Virus record (IMG/VR): IMGVR_UViG_3300045836_000108
Location: 1-64,000 of that record
Source: a virus
Lineage: Duplodnaviria > Heunggongvirae > Uroviricota > Caudoviricetes
Reading direction: 5' to 3' (one strand)
Length of the DNA: 64,000 nucleotides
Shown here: positions 8,920 to 17,169 of the stretch, one piece after another
Layout of the letters: each line of letters starts with the position of its first letter
How positions within the stretch are numbered: position 1 is the stretch's first letter
Translations under genes and position numbers: made by a program
The notes under the pieces: generated by a model
What the model saw: the letters and a program-made list of their open reading frames with translations, nothing else
Told to the model about the DNA's origin: nothing
The model's database searches: none

Positions 8920-9892
8920 CAACACCGGAAGAAACGTTGCCGTCGGAGGAATCGGCTGCCTCGTCGGGCTGGGAGTGCTGGGGGCCGCCGTCTACGGCAT
9001 CCCCATGGCCCTGTCCTACGAGTCCGTGTCCGCCGGACAGGTCGGCGTGGTCCGCCACACCGCGCCCTGGGACACCAAGAGCGTCAGCAAGATCCTGAAG
9101 CCCGGCAGCGGCTCCCAGTACGTCGGCGTCTGGAGCGACGTGCACATCTATCCGGCCACCCAGTCCAGCTACACCATCACCGACGACGCCAAGGAAGGCG
9201 ACGTGCCCGGCGTGGACGTCATCTCGGTGCCGTCGGCGGACGGCGTCCAGATGGGCATTCAGGGCACGTTGTACTTCACCCTGAATACCGACCCGGCCAC
9301 GATGAAGGAGTTCGACGACAAGTTCGGCACCCGCTCCTTCACCTACGGCGGTGAGTCCGGCAACGCCTACGGCGGCACCAAGGGCTTCGGGATCTTCGAG
9401 AACGCCATCGTCCGGCCCGTCATCAACAACGCCGTCCGGCAGGCCATCGCCACCAAGAAGTGCTCCGAGCTGCTGGCGTCGTGCGCCCTGGTGCAGAACA
9501 CCGGCCAGCAGGTGGACCTGACCAAGGTGCCCAACGGCAACGTCAACATCAACGACGTCCAGACGGCCATCGACACCGCCCTCCAGAACGACATCAACGC
9601 CACCCTCGGCGGCAACTACTTCAAGGACATCAAGTTCACCCTCACCAAGGTGGACGTGCCTCCGAACGTGCAGGACGCCATCAACCAGGCGCAGACCGCG
9701 TTCGCCAACGTCAGCAAGTCGCAGGCGGCCATCGCCGCCGCCCAGGCCGACGCCAAGGCCAACGAGACCCGGCAGCAGGGCTACAACGCCTGCCCCGTCT
9801 GCGGTCAGATCGACCTGCTGCACGCCCTGCCCCCAGGCGTCACCGTCTTCGCCCCCGGCTCCGGCACTGGCCTGCCGTTGACGGGGAAGTAG
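8912..9892 (+). CDS. SPFH/band-7 (stomatin/prohibitin/HflK-like) membrane protein
   Basis: N-terminal TM helix, QVGVV core, Ala/Gln-rich coiled region (QAAIAAAQADAKA). Confidence 0.55.
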   Translation: MDSNTGRNVAVGGIGCLVGLGVLGAAVYGIPMALSYESVSAGQVGVVRHTAPWDTKSVSKILKPGSGSQYVGVWSDVHIYPATQSSYTITDDAKEGDVPGVDVISVPSADGVQMGIQGTLYFTLNTDPATMKEFDDKFGTRSFTYGGESGNAYGGTKGFGIFENAIVRPVINNAVRQAIATKKCSELLASCALVQNTGQQVDLTKVPNGNVNINDVQTAIDTALQNDINATLGGNYFKDIKFTLTKVDVPPNVQDAINQAQTAFANVSKSQAAIAAAQADAKANETRQQGYNACPVCGQIDLLHALPPGVTVFAPGSGTGLPLTGK

Positions 9893-9898
9893 GCCGAC

Positions 9899-10003
9899 AT
9901 GCGCAAGTACATCCTGGGAGCTGTCGGCGCAGTGTTGCTGACGCTGGCAGCCGCTAGGTTCCGGCGGCAGGCCAGTGACCAGACGTGGGTCGGGGAGGAC
10001 TAG
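9899..10003 (+). CDS. Tiny membrane protein (34 aa)
   Basis: ATG 4 nt after the SPFH stop; single TM helix; high GC3. Confidence 0.35.
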   Translation: MRKYILGAVGAVLLTLAAARFRRQASDQTWVGED

Positions 10004-10006
10004 GCC

Positions 10007-10339
10007 GTGCAGGACGTCTTGATGCTCGGGCTGTTCATCAGCCTCCTTGTCATCATCATCATCGGGGTCTTCGTCATGATCCGTCTGGACGCCCGTGACG
10101 AGCTGAAGAAGATGCGTCTGAAGCAGCAGGCGCAGAGCACCGCAGGCGTCTGGAACATCGCAGACTACAGCCGGGATAACCGCACCGAGATCTGCCTGGT
10201 CCGGGTTGACGGCAACATCGAAACTGGCCGAATCCCGATTGGCGCGATCGCGGCGGACGACCCGAACTGGTCGGCGCAGTACGAAAGCCTGGTAGCGGAG
10301 GCGCGGCAGCGTATGGCCAGCCTCCAGGCCGAGAAGTAG
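10007..10339 (+). CDS. Membrane protein (110 aa)
   Basis: GTG start; N-terminal TM (LGLFISLLVIIIIGVFVMI). Confidence 0.5.
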   Translation: MQDVLMLGLFISLLVIIIIGVFVMIRLDARDELKKMRLKQQAQSTAGVWNIADYSRDNRTEICLVRVDGNIETGRIPIGAIAADDPNWSAQYESLVAEARQRMASLQAEK

Positions 10340-10351
10340 GAAAGGAACAGC

Positions 10352-10831
10352 ATGACTCCTCTGCCCGCCTTGGGTTGGAACCCCCCTCGGCTGCCGGACG
10401 ACTGTGAAGCCGTCGGGTACGACGCGCATTTGGAGCAGTGGGGGGACATCGTCGCGGCCTACGAGGCAGCGCCGGAGGAGTTGGACAACGCGTACCTGTA
10501 CCTGGCGCAGCACCCGATGTTCTGGGAGCTGCGCCAGGGCACAGACGTCGAGTGGTACCTAATGCCCGGTACCGCCTGGTACCGGGCCATCGAGATGGGC
10601 GTGTACCGGGACCAGAACACCGGCGAGATCCAGGTATGGATGGAAGCGACACCGCAGCGCTGGCATTCAGACCCCCAGCTGAACGACGAGACCGCCACGG
10701 GCGTGTCGGCTCAGCTGGGGGTATCGATGGACACGTTCGAGGACGCCGCAACAGTTCTGGCCCGGATGGTCCACGACACGTGGGGCAACGACCGGGAGAC
10801 GTTGATGCTTGAGGAGAGGTGGCGCGGGTAA
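10352..10831 (+). CDS. Hypothetical protein, paralog family A (copy 1)
   Basis: 159 aa; shares AQPE..NAW.YL..HP.FW and ARMVHDTWGNDRETL motifs with the next gene. Confidence 0.55.
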   Translation: MTPLPALGWNPPRLPDDCEAVGYDAHLEQWGDIVAAYEAAPEELDNAYLYLAQHPMFWELRQGTDVEWYLMPGTAWYRAIEMGVYRDQNTGEIQVWMEATPQRWHSDPQLNDETATGVSAQLGVSMDTFEDAATVLARMVHDTWGNDRETLMLEERWRG

Positions 10832-11478
10832 TGGAGCTGGAGCCATTGGATATCGAATTCCCGGACGTTCCGTGCGACGGCAATTTCGGCGTGGGTATGC
10901 TGGGCCGGACCGACCGTGGCTACAGCTACGCCTCCTACCTGAAGGACAAGCAGCTGGAGTGGCGGGTTGCCGCCCGCCGGTATGAGGCGCAGCCGGAAGA
11001 CTTCCACAACGCCTGGTGGTACCTCAACCTGCATCCCGCCTTCTGGAAGTTCTACGGACCCCCCGTGCCTAAGCTGGGACGTTTCCGCTGGCTCCGGCGG
11101 TCCGCCGCCAAGGAACACGCCAAGCGGTTCCACGTCAGGTATCTGGTGGAGGACCGGGGCGTAGAGTCCCGCATCGAGGTGTGGGTCGCCAAGGTCAACC
11201 CGGAGACGGGCCGGGTGGACGACGACGACGCATTGAACACCAAGACGGAGATCTGGCTGGAGACAGGCCCTTGGCGGTGGCCGTCCAAGTCGTTCGACGA
11301 GTACGAGGTCCCGTTCCACGACCACCGCCTGGATTGCGGCGGCGACACCTACGAGGAAGCCATCGTTGAGATGGCCCGCAAGGTCCACAACCTGTACGGC
11401 AACGACCGCATGGTCTGTGACGACCATCGGGAGACGCCCCGGAAGCTGGGAGCTGACAATGTCGATGCGTCCGCCTAG
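10831..11478 (+). CDS. Hypothetical protein, paralog family A (copy 2)
   Basis: TAATG overlap start; same motifs as copy 1 (ARKVHNLYGNDRMV). Confidence 0.55.
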   Translation: MELEPLDIEFPDVPCDGNFGVGMLGRTDRGYSYASYLKDKQLEWRVAARRYEAQPEDFHNAWWYLNLHPAFWKFYGPPVPKLGRFRWLRRSAAKEHAKRFHVRYLVEDRGVESRIEVWVAKVNPETGRVDDDDALNTKTEIWLETGPWRWPSKSFDEYEVPFHDHRLDCGGDTYEEAIVEMARKVHNLYGNDRMVCDDHRETPRKLGADNVDASA

Positions 11479-11626
11479 CTACGACAAAGACCCCGCAGCG
11501 CAACGCCGTATCTTGCGCCGTAAGAGCCGTAACCGGCCTGTTCTGCACCCGGACAAGGACCGGCACGGCTACACGCCCGTAGACATCTCTCCGGCCGTTC
11601 TAGAGGACACGGAGGACCGGCCGTGA
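11459..11626 (+). CDS. Small basic hypothetical protein (55 aa)
   Basis: ATG in frame of ORF 11366..11626. Confidence 0.35.
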   Translation: MSMRPPSYDKDPAAQRRILRRKSRNRPVLHPDKDRHGYTPVDISPAVLEDTEDRP

Positions 11627-12015
11627 AGAAGCCGTTCGCGGACCGCTGGTGGTACGCCCGACCCCAGAAGGCTTCCCGTCCCTGGGCTTTTGGGTGTCGG
11701 GTGTTCCCGCAGGGAGGTGACGAGTACTGCAATCCCACCATCTACATTGCCCTACCGTTCCTCGGCTCCTGGGTGGTGCGGTACAAGCCGGGGCCGCTCC
11801 GGACAGAGGCTTGTGCCGTCTGCCAAGCCGACGAGGGCCCGTGGTGCAAGAACTGCGTGAGCTGCCACTGGGGGCCGCGCTGCCACCCCTGCTCATGCCC
11901 GGAACAATACGAACATTGGGGTTATTGCCCCAGTTGCCGGGGGTACTATTGCCCGGTATGCACCCCCAATCCCGGGGGTGAACACAGCCCGCCGGAGGGG
12001 CAACATCATGGCTAG
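11623..12015 (+). CDS. Cys-rich (multi-CxxC) hypothetical protein
   Basis: GTGA overlap start; 130 aa with about 20 Cys (CAVCQ, CKNCVSC, CHPCSC, CPSCRGYYCPVC). Confidence 0.5.
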   Translation: MKKPFADRWWYARPQKASRPWAFGCRVFPQGGDEYCNPTIYIALPFLGSWVVRYKPGPLRTEACAVCQADEGPWCKNCVSCHWGPRCHPCSCPEQYEHWGYCPSCRGYYCPVCTPNPGGEHSPPEGQHHG

Positions 12016-12172
12016 GGTCTGGATCCAGCTTCCCAACAGTCGCCGCAAGCCGCGCGTCGGTGCCGCCGTACGCGTCGGCAAACACGCCTACGTCGGCGCC
12101 GCACGCTCCGTCGGCGCCGCCAAAAACGGCAAGCCTCGCAAGACCCGGACCTGGTTCGGGATCCGCCTTTAG
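12008..12172 (+). CDS. Small very basic protein (54 aa)
   Basis: ATG overlapping upstream stop; Arg/Lys-rich. Confidence 0.35.
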   Translation: MARVWIQLPNSRRKPRVGAAVRVGKHAYVGAARSVGAAKNGKPRKTRTWFGIRL

Positions 12173-12179
12173 GAGACAA

Positions 12180-12557
12180 GTGGTCAAGCTCGTCCGCGCC
12201 GTCTGCACTTCCTTCGCGTGCCCCTCACAGTGGGACGCCTGGGACTCAGACGGCAAGTACTACTACCTGCGGTTCCGGCACGGCGTTGGCCAAATCCGGC
12301 ACTACCCCGGAGGACCGAACTTCTGGGACCGCCTGGACGAAGAACCCGAACTGATCGCCCGCTTTGAGGTAGACGACGAATGGGCCGGTGTCATCGAGCT
12401 GGAAGAGTTCGCCCAGAAAGCCGGTATCGAGCTGGCCGACCCGCTCGACAGCACCGACTACAACGGATACCTCGCAGGCCACCTGGCGCAGGCCCTCAAG
12501 GAGACCTACCCGGAGGAATGGGCAGCCCGCTACGGCAACCGGGAACCGCAGACATGA
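12180..12557 (+). CDS. Hypothetical acidic protein (125 aa)
   Basis: GTG after AGGAGACAA RBS. Confidence 0.5.
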   Translation: MVKLVRAVCTSFACPSQWDAWDSDGKYYYLRFRHGVGQIRHYPGGPNFWDRLDEEPELIARFEVDDEWAGVIELEEFAQKAGIELADPLDSTDYNGYLAGHLAQALKETYPEEWAARYGNREPQT

Positions 12558-12706
12558 GGATGTTGGGGCGGTACCGGCTCTGGGCCTACCGTTTCGACGG
12601 CTCCCAATGGCGTTGGATCCGGTTGGACCGCTACCGCAGCGGCAAGTACCGGAAGCTGGCCGAGAAACGCCGATGGCGACGGGAATGGGACAAGGACAAC
12701 GAGTGA
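12554..12706 (+). CDS. Small Arg/Trp-rich protein (50 aa), last gene of early operon
   Basis: ATGA overlap start. Confidence 0.4.
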   Translation: MRMLGRYRLWAYRFDGSQWRWIRLDRYRSGKYRKLAEKRRWRREWDKDNE

Positions 12707-12766
12707 AAATATTGCTGGCCGACGCCCGCAAACAGTCGGAACCCCTCCAAGAACCTGCCTGAAACG

Positions 12767-12797
12767 CAAAAAAACCCCACCCCGACTGTCCCGGGGT
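12767..12797. terminator. Bidirectional intrinsic terminator between convergent early (+) and late (-) operons
   Basis: Perfect hairpin CCCCACCCCG-ACTGTC-CGGGGTGGGG flanked by A-run (5') and T-run (3'). Confidence 0.65.
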
Positions 12798-12807
12798 GGG
12801 GTTTTGC

Positions 12808-13152
12808 TTAGTGGCCGTGCATCAACAGCTCGCTGATGATGCCGATAGCTCCACCAATGGCGGTGGCTATGCCGGACATGAAGTACACCTTCGCCTTGAG
12901 GGCGTTGTGCTCCTTGTCGCGGACATCGATACGCCGGTTGTACTCCTTGTCGATGTTGTCGAGTCTGGTTTCGAAATGCTCCATTTTGGCGTCCCGCGCG
13001 GCAAGCTCGGCTGCTACCCGCTCCGCGCTCTCCCTGGCCCGCTGCTCCGCATAGTCCGACTTCTGAAGCAGAATCGCCAACTGGCCGTCGATCTTGGTGG
13101 TGGCAACATCAAGAGAACGGCGCAGCTCAAGCAACTGAAGATCCAAACTCAT
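12808..13152 (-). CDS. Coiled-coil protein with C-terminal TM anchor (lysis-associated?)
   Basis: ATG after GGAGGAG RBS at 13152 (ORF open to 13332); last gene of late operon; C-terminal helix VYFMSGIATAIGGAIGIISELLM. Confidence 0.45.
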   Translation of the reverse strand: MSLDLQLLELRRSLDVATTKIDGQLAILLQKSDYAEQRARESAERVAAELAARDAKMEHFETRLDNIDKEYNRRIDVRDKEHNALKAKVYFMSGIATAIGGAIGIISELLMHGH

Positions 13153-13222
13153 GTCGGCTCCTCCGGGCGACCCGTTCCGCCACGACTGCGGCGAGGGCGT
13201 CGAGCCATGGCGCGTGGGGTCC

Positions 13223-14215
13223 TCACCCGACGCCATGACCGCCCAATGCAGCCGCCAGTTGAGCCTGGACAGCGACGGCCACCGCCTGGGCATCGGCGTT
13301 GGTGGAGAGGTGCTGCTCAATGGCAGCAACAATCTGGTTAGCCAACGCGCCGACGTCCACCGCCGGACGCTTCAACAAAACGTCCAGTTTGGAGGAGACA
13401 TCCTCCAAAAGGTGCTCATTGTTGACGGCCCGCAAAGCGGCGCCCTCCAGCAACGTACCTACGCTGATCTGCGCTCCGGCAGTGAACCCGTCAGTGGGGT
13501 TCGCAGCCAGCGGGTAGCGCGCGGCGAACCCCGGGCTGACGGTAACAGTGTCGGTAAGGTTCACATCTCCTCCTACGGCAGAGCCGCCCAGGAGGGCAGC
13601 AAGCTGATCGATGGTTCCACGGAACGCGTTGAAGTCAAGAGACTGCTGCTCCAGACCCGAGTCGGTGTACTGCCACAGGACCGGGGTGATACCGCCGTAC
13701 GGCTCCCAACCGGCGCCGGTATCGCCACCAGCATCCCGATACCCGATAACCGGGGTTTCACCGGCGCGGCCGGTATAGGCCGAAGAAACCACTCCGACGC
13801 CCCGTAGACGCAACGGGGAGAGGTCCCCTGATCCCTGGCTGGCCCAGAACCAGCGGGGCACGTACGCAAGCCGTACGCGCATTCCCCGGGCGTTGATGGC
13901 GTCGATGAGGCTGTACAGCTGGCCCAGTGTCGGCTTGAACGAACCCTCCGGCTCCCAGTCGATCATCACCGGTACCTGCTTGTCGATGATGTGCTGTTCC
14001 AGGTGAGCCGCCTGCGCGCCGAAGTCCTCCCCGGAGATGAAGTGGTACGCCACGGCAAGCTTCCCCGCAGAGCGGGCCTGAGACAGCCACGTCGGATAGT
14101 CAGCGTCCACGTAGTACGTGCCCTCGGTGCACTTCATCATCACAAACGGGTCACTCAAAGCGGACACGTTCACGCCGTGCTGGAACGATGACAGATCCGG
14201 CCCAAAGATGGTCAT
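13223..14215 (-). CDS. Endolysin, GH25 muramidase-like catalytic domain plus C-terminal Ala-rich domain
   Basis: N-terminal GH25-like motifs (DLSSFQ, VMMKCTEG, MIDWE); 330 aa; lysis-cassette position. Confidence 0.65.
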   Translation of the reverse strand: MTIFGPDLSSFQHGVNVSALSDPFVMMKCTEGTYYVDADYPTWLSQARSAGKLAVAYHFISGEDFGAQAAHLEQHIIDKQVPVMIDWEPEGSFKPTLGQLYSLIDAINARGMRVRLAYVPRWFWASQGSGDLSPLRLRGVGVVSSAYTGRAGETPVIGYRDAGGDTGAGWEPYGGITPVLWQYTDSGLEQQSLDFNAFRGTIDQLAALLGGSAVGGDVNLTDTVTVSPGFAARYPLAANPTDGFTAGAQISVGTLLEGAALRAVNNEHLLEDVSSKLDVLLKRPAVDVGALANQIVAAIEQHLSTNADAQAVAVAVQAQLAAALGGHGVG

Positions 14216-14376
14216 GGCGTTTCCCTCCGGTCCCTCAACACCTGGCTCAGCAAAGCGGCCATAGCAGCATGATCGCTGCGCAGACGTCGCAAGTCCAACG
14301 CCACCTGAAGCAGAAGATCCCTAGACTCGGCCTCAAAGTCGCGCTGGACCGCCAGGGGACGTCTGCGCCGGATCAT
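14212..14376 (-). CDS. Small basic protein (54 aa) translationally coupled between holin-like gene and endolysin
   Basis: ATGA overlaps at both ends; moderate GC3; not in the ORF track. Confidence 0.3.
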   Translation of the reverse strand: MIRRRRPLAVQRDFEAESRDLLLQVALDLRRLRSDHAAMAALLSQVLRDRRETP

Positions 14377-14855
14377 GCCGTCGGTCCCGGAGGAGACGGG
14401 ATAGGCCCATACTTCGCCAAAATGGCCAACAGGGTCTGCGTCTGCTTCTCAAGCTCCGCGTCCTGAGTAAGCAGGTGCTCCTGGATCTGCTTGGAAGACT
14501 CCAAGATCGCCTCAGCGTCGTTGTACGTCTGCTCCGAACGCGCGTCGGCAGCTGCCGACTGCACTTTCTGCCCCACCATGATGATCGACAACAGAACCAA
14601 CTGGAGAAACGTCTGAGCCACCCAAGCGACCGTCGTAGACTTACCGCCCTTGATAGCGTCAGGAAGGCTCACCAAAGCCAACGCGGCAAACGCGTAGGCG
14701 CACCACATGGTGCCGACGCCGTCAGTGATGCTCACAGCCAAGCGCTTGTTAAACCGGGCAACGCCGGAACCAGCCGGAAGATGATCAGCAACCTTTACCG
14801 GCCCTTGCTGCTGCCGGGCGTGGATATGCGGATGCGGTATGTACCTGTACTTCAC
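14373..14855 (-). CDS. Holin-like membrane protein (2 TM helices)
   Basis: GTG after TAGGAGGGG RBS; two hydrophobic helices (WCAYAFAALALVSLP, FLQLVLLSIIMVG); C-terminal coiled/charged tail. Confidence 0.5.
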   Translation of the reverse strand: MKYRYIPHPHIHARQQQGPVKVADHLPAGSGVARFNKRLAVSITDGVGTMWCAYAFAALALVSLPDAIKGGKSTTVAWVAQTFLQLVLLSIIMVGQKVQSAAADARSEQTYNDAEAILESSKQIQEHLLTQDAELEKQTQTLLAILAKYGPIPSPPGPTA

Positions 14856-14867
14856 GAGCCCCTCCTA

Positions 14868-15107
14868 TCAGCGCCAGTGCGTAGCGATAGTGATGCCGAC
14901 GTTGAGGCACAGAGTGGCTACCGTCACCAGGATTGGTACTCCCCAACGGCGCACCGCAGACAAAGCCGTCTGCGCAGCCATCCACTGCTCCAACACCCCC
15001 ACACGCGTCTCCAACGGATCCAGATCCTGTTGAACAACGCGGTCTTCCTGCTCTACACGACGTTCCAGCTCCAGCTCCCACTCGGCGTCGGCCACGACAT
15101 CACCCAA
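14868..15107 (-). CDS. Small protein with C-terminal TM helix (lysis accessory?)
   Basis: 79 aa; acidic coiled N-terminus; helix VPILVTVATLCLNVGITIA. Confidence 0.4.
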   Translation of the reverse strand: MGDVVADAEWELELERRVEQEDRVVQQDLDPLETRVGVLEQWMAAQTALSAVRRWGVPILVTVATLCLNVGITIATHWR

Positions 15108-15525
15108 TCAGATGACGCACGTAGTGCTCGGCCTCGTAGTCGGCAGCCGCCGCCACGTGAATACCACCGGCGCCCCGGTGATGCCAGGCGCACAGAAAAA
15201 CCAGGTTCTCGGCCGTCTCCACCCAAGCGCCCACCTCATCCTTGTTGGATACGCCCGGGTAGTCCCGTTCAAGCAACTCCAGGTCCACGCCGTTCTGCAA
15301 CGAGAACTCGACATGAGAGTGGTGCAGCTCCAAGCCCCCGTGGCACTCAGACGTGTCGCCTCCGCGACGGCGGGCGAACTCGCACACCGCGTCGTGTACA
15401 TGCGTCTTACGGTAGTGCTCAAAGTCCTTGTAGTGAGGGTCGTCCTCCCGCGCCGGATGCTCCGGGTAGTGCATGACGTACACGTGCTTGGTGGACTGGT
15501 CGTGCGCAGCGGTCATCGCTGTCAC
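15100..15525 (-). CDS. HNH-endonuclease-like protein
   Basis: C..C...ELHHSH...N...LCAWHH pattern, consistent with a HNH zinc nuclease. Confidence 0.4.
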   Translation of the reverse strand: MTAMTAAHDQSTKHVYVMHYPEHPAREDDPHYKDFEHYRKTHVHDAVCEFARRRGGDTSECHGGLELHHSHVEFSLQNGVDLELLERDYPGVSNKDEVGAWVETAENLVFLCAWHHRGAGGIHVAAAADYEAEHYVRHLIG

Positions 15526-15528
15526 CTT

Positions 15529-16074
15529 TCACGAATGCAACCAAACCAGGTTGATACTGGGACACAGGTCAGTGTTGGGCGCCGTATTACAAACGCCAAT
15601 GACGATGGCGTACAGCTCCAAAACGTCACCAACGGCCATCTTCAACGTGCCCGACGCGCCCACAGCCGCGAAGTCGTTGGTCGCGTACAAGATCCTTGTT
15701 TGCAGACTTCTCACAATGTTGGGAGTGGAGGAACCGTTGGAGTTGAGAGAAGCCATGGCCCAGACAGTGTCAGTACCGGGAACGCCAGTCCAAGCCGCAA
15801 AGCCCTCCATCCAATACCAACCTGCCACCTGGCACACGTACCGGGAATTGTTGACGGTGTTGGAGTGACCGCCCTCAGTATCAACATCGGTGACGTCAAA
15901 CTTCAACGGGGTGTATTGACTGGCTGCGAAAGCCTGCGCCGTTGACTGGTGAGCACGGAAGATAGGAGGCGACAGATAGAAGTCGCCCATGGCCTTAGGC
16001 CCTGAGTTCCAGCCGGACGACTGGACGACGTTACCGGCAGTCTGAAAAACCGGAGCCGGAACGGTGCGGCTCAT
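15529..16074 (-). CDS. Minor tail/receptor-binding candidate, paralog 3 of a tandem triplet
   Basis: 181 aa; shares N-terminus M[SA]RTVP, W.WV.GYF/W...G motif, Gly/Asn-rich beta-type composition. Confidence 0.55.
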   Translation of the reverse strand: MSRTVPAPVFQTAGNVVQSSGWNSGPKAMGDFYLSPPIFRAHQSTAQAFAASQYTPLKFDVTDVDTEGGHSNTVNNSRYVCQVAGWYWMEGFAAWTGVPGTDTVWAMASLNSNGSSTPNIVRSLQTRILYATNDFAAVGASGTLKMAVGDVLELYAIVIGVCNTAPNTDLCPSINLVWLHS

Positions 16075-16083
16075 CTAACCTCC

Positions 16084-16617
16084 TCACGCATGCACCCAGA
16101 ACACGTTCATGCAGGGACACAGATCCGAGCCTCCGAACGTTGAAACAGTGGAACCGGTGTTTTGACGGCCCTGAAACCCCACGTAGTCGCCAACGTTCAG
16201 TTGGACCATGGTTCCGCCCCACAGAGACATCAAGTCCGTGTACATCAACGAGAACTGCGCCGAACCAGGGATGATGGTGCCGTTTTTGCTGGCCGCAACC
16301 TCATACCGTGCGTTGGCAGCCCCGCCAGCGTTCCATGCGAAATAGCCTTCAACCCAATACCAGCCAGGAACCTGCGCGGTGTAGCGCAGGAGGCTTACGC
16401 CGCTGTTGAAACCGTTGTCGGAGTCGTAGTCAACGGTGTCGAATTGGACGCCTACCCAAGAGCCGGACGGCGTGGACGCTCCACTAACCTGCCGCCCCCG
16501 GAAGTACGGAGGCGACAGAGCGAACTGACTTAAAGCGTAGGGGCCAGCGTTCCACAAAGCCCCTGTAATGAGCTGAGACGACGACTTAGAAGCCGTCTGA
16601 GGAACCGTACGAGCCAC
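16084..16617 (-). CDS. Minor tail/receptor-binding candidate, paralog 2
   Basis: 177 aa; MARTVPQ...SPPYFRGRQ...VPGWYWVEGYFAWNAGG. Confidence 0.55.
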   Translation of the reverse strand: MARTVPQTASKSSSQLITGALWNAGPYALSQFALSPPYFRGRQVSGASTPSGSWVGVQFDTVDYDSDNGFNSGVSLLRYTAQVPGWYWVEGYFAWNAGGAANARYEVAASKNGTIIPGSAQFSLMYTDLMSLWGGTMVQLNVGDYVGFQGRQNTGSTVSTFGGSDLCPCMNVFWVHA

Positions 16618-16626
16618 AGATACCCC

Positions 16627-17160
16627 TTACTGCGCAATCCAGGCGACAGTGAAGTCTGCGTACAGCGTGCTGTTGTCCAAGGACAAAGTGGAGCCGCTGC
16701 TCTGCCTCACCCAAATCTCCACGTAGTCCCCCACGTTCATCCGCACCAGACCCGACGTGCTGAAATGCGCAAAGTTGCTGGTCTGACGCTCCTGGAATGC
16801 GCCCGACCCTGACCAAGTAGAGCCGTTCTTAGCGATAGCCGTGTCGATACGGCAGGTAGGCGCCACGTTAACGGCCCAGCCAGCCGAACCTTTCACCCAG
16901 TACATTCCAGCAACCTGGCACGTGTACCGGCCATTGTTTCCAATGGAAGTGTGGCCGCCGTCCGTATCCAAACGACCCTGGTTGTACTGCACAACCGTCC
17001 AGGTGTTGTTGCTGACGGACTGCCCCAAAGTGGAAACCGCCTTGAACGTCGGCTTATTGGACAGGAAATCGTTGAGGGCTTTAACGCCGTTGTTCCACAC
17101 CTGAGCAGACAAAAGGTTCCCGGTCTGCTGCATAGGAACAGATGGAACAGTACGGGCCAT
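16627..17160 (-). CDS. Minor tail/receptor-binding candidate, paralog 1
   Basis: 177 aa; MARTVPSVPMQQTGN...YTCQVAGMYWVKGSAGWAVN. Confidence 0.55.
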   Translation of the reverse strand: MARTVPSVPMQQTGNLLSAQVWNNGVKALNDFLSNKPTFKAVSTLGQSVSNNTWTVVQYNQGRLDTDGGHTSIGNNGRYTCQVAGMYWVKGSAGWAVNVAPTCRIDTAIAKNGSTWSGSGAFQERQTSNFAHFSTSGLVRMNVGDYVEIWVRQSSGSTLSLDNSTLYADFTVAWIAQ

Positions 17161-17169
17161 GGAACCTCC

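Noticed and set aside
8885-10513. 542-aa minus-strand ORF antisense to the SPFH and membrane genes
   Set aside because: Antisense, low-complexity Gly/Val/Arg-rich. The plus-strand genes have RBSs and start-stop coupling.
12760-12800. Copy of the cassette promoter module at the early/late junction (hairpin followed by TTTTGCTTAG)
   Set aside because: Only the hairpin and the GCTTAG hexamer match. CTTTAC and the TANNNT hexamer at the correct spacing are missing. Treated as a plain bidirectional terminator.
15529-17160. Diversity-generating retroelement targeting the triplicated tail genes
   Set aside because: No reverse transcriptase gene anywhere in the window and no template/variable repeat pair with adenine-specific differences. 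The copies are diverged along their whole length.
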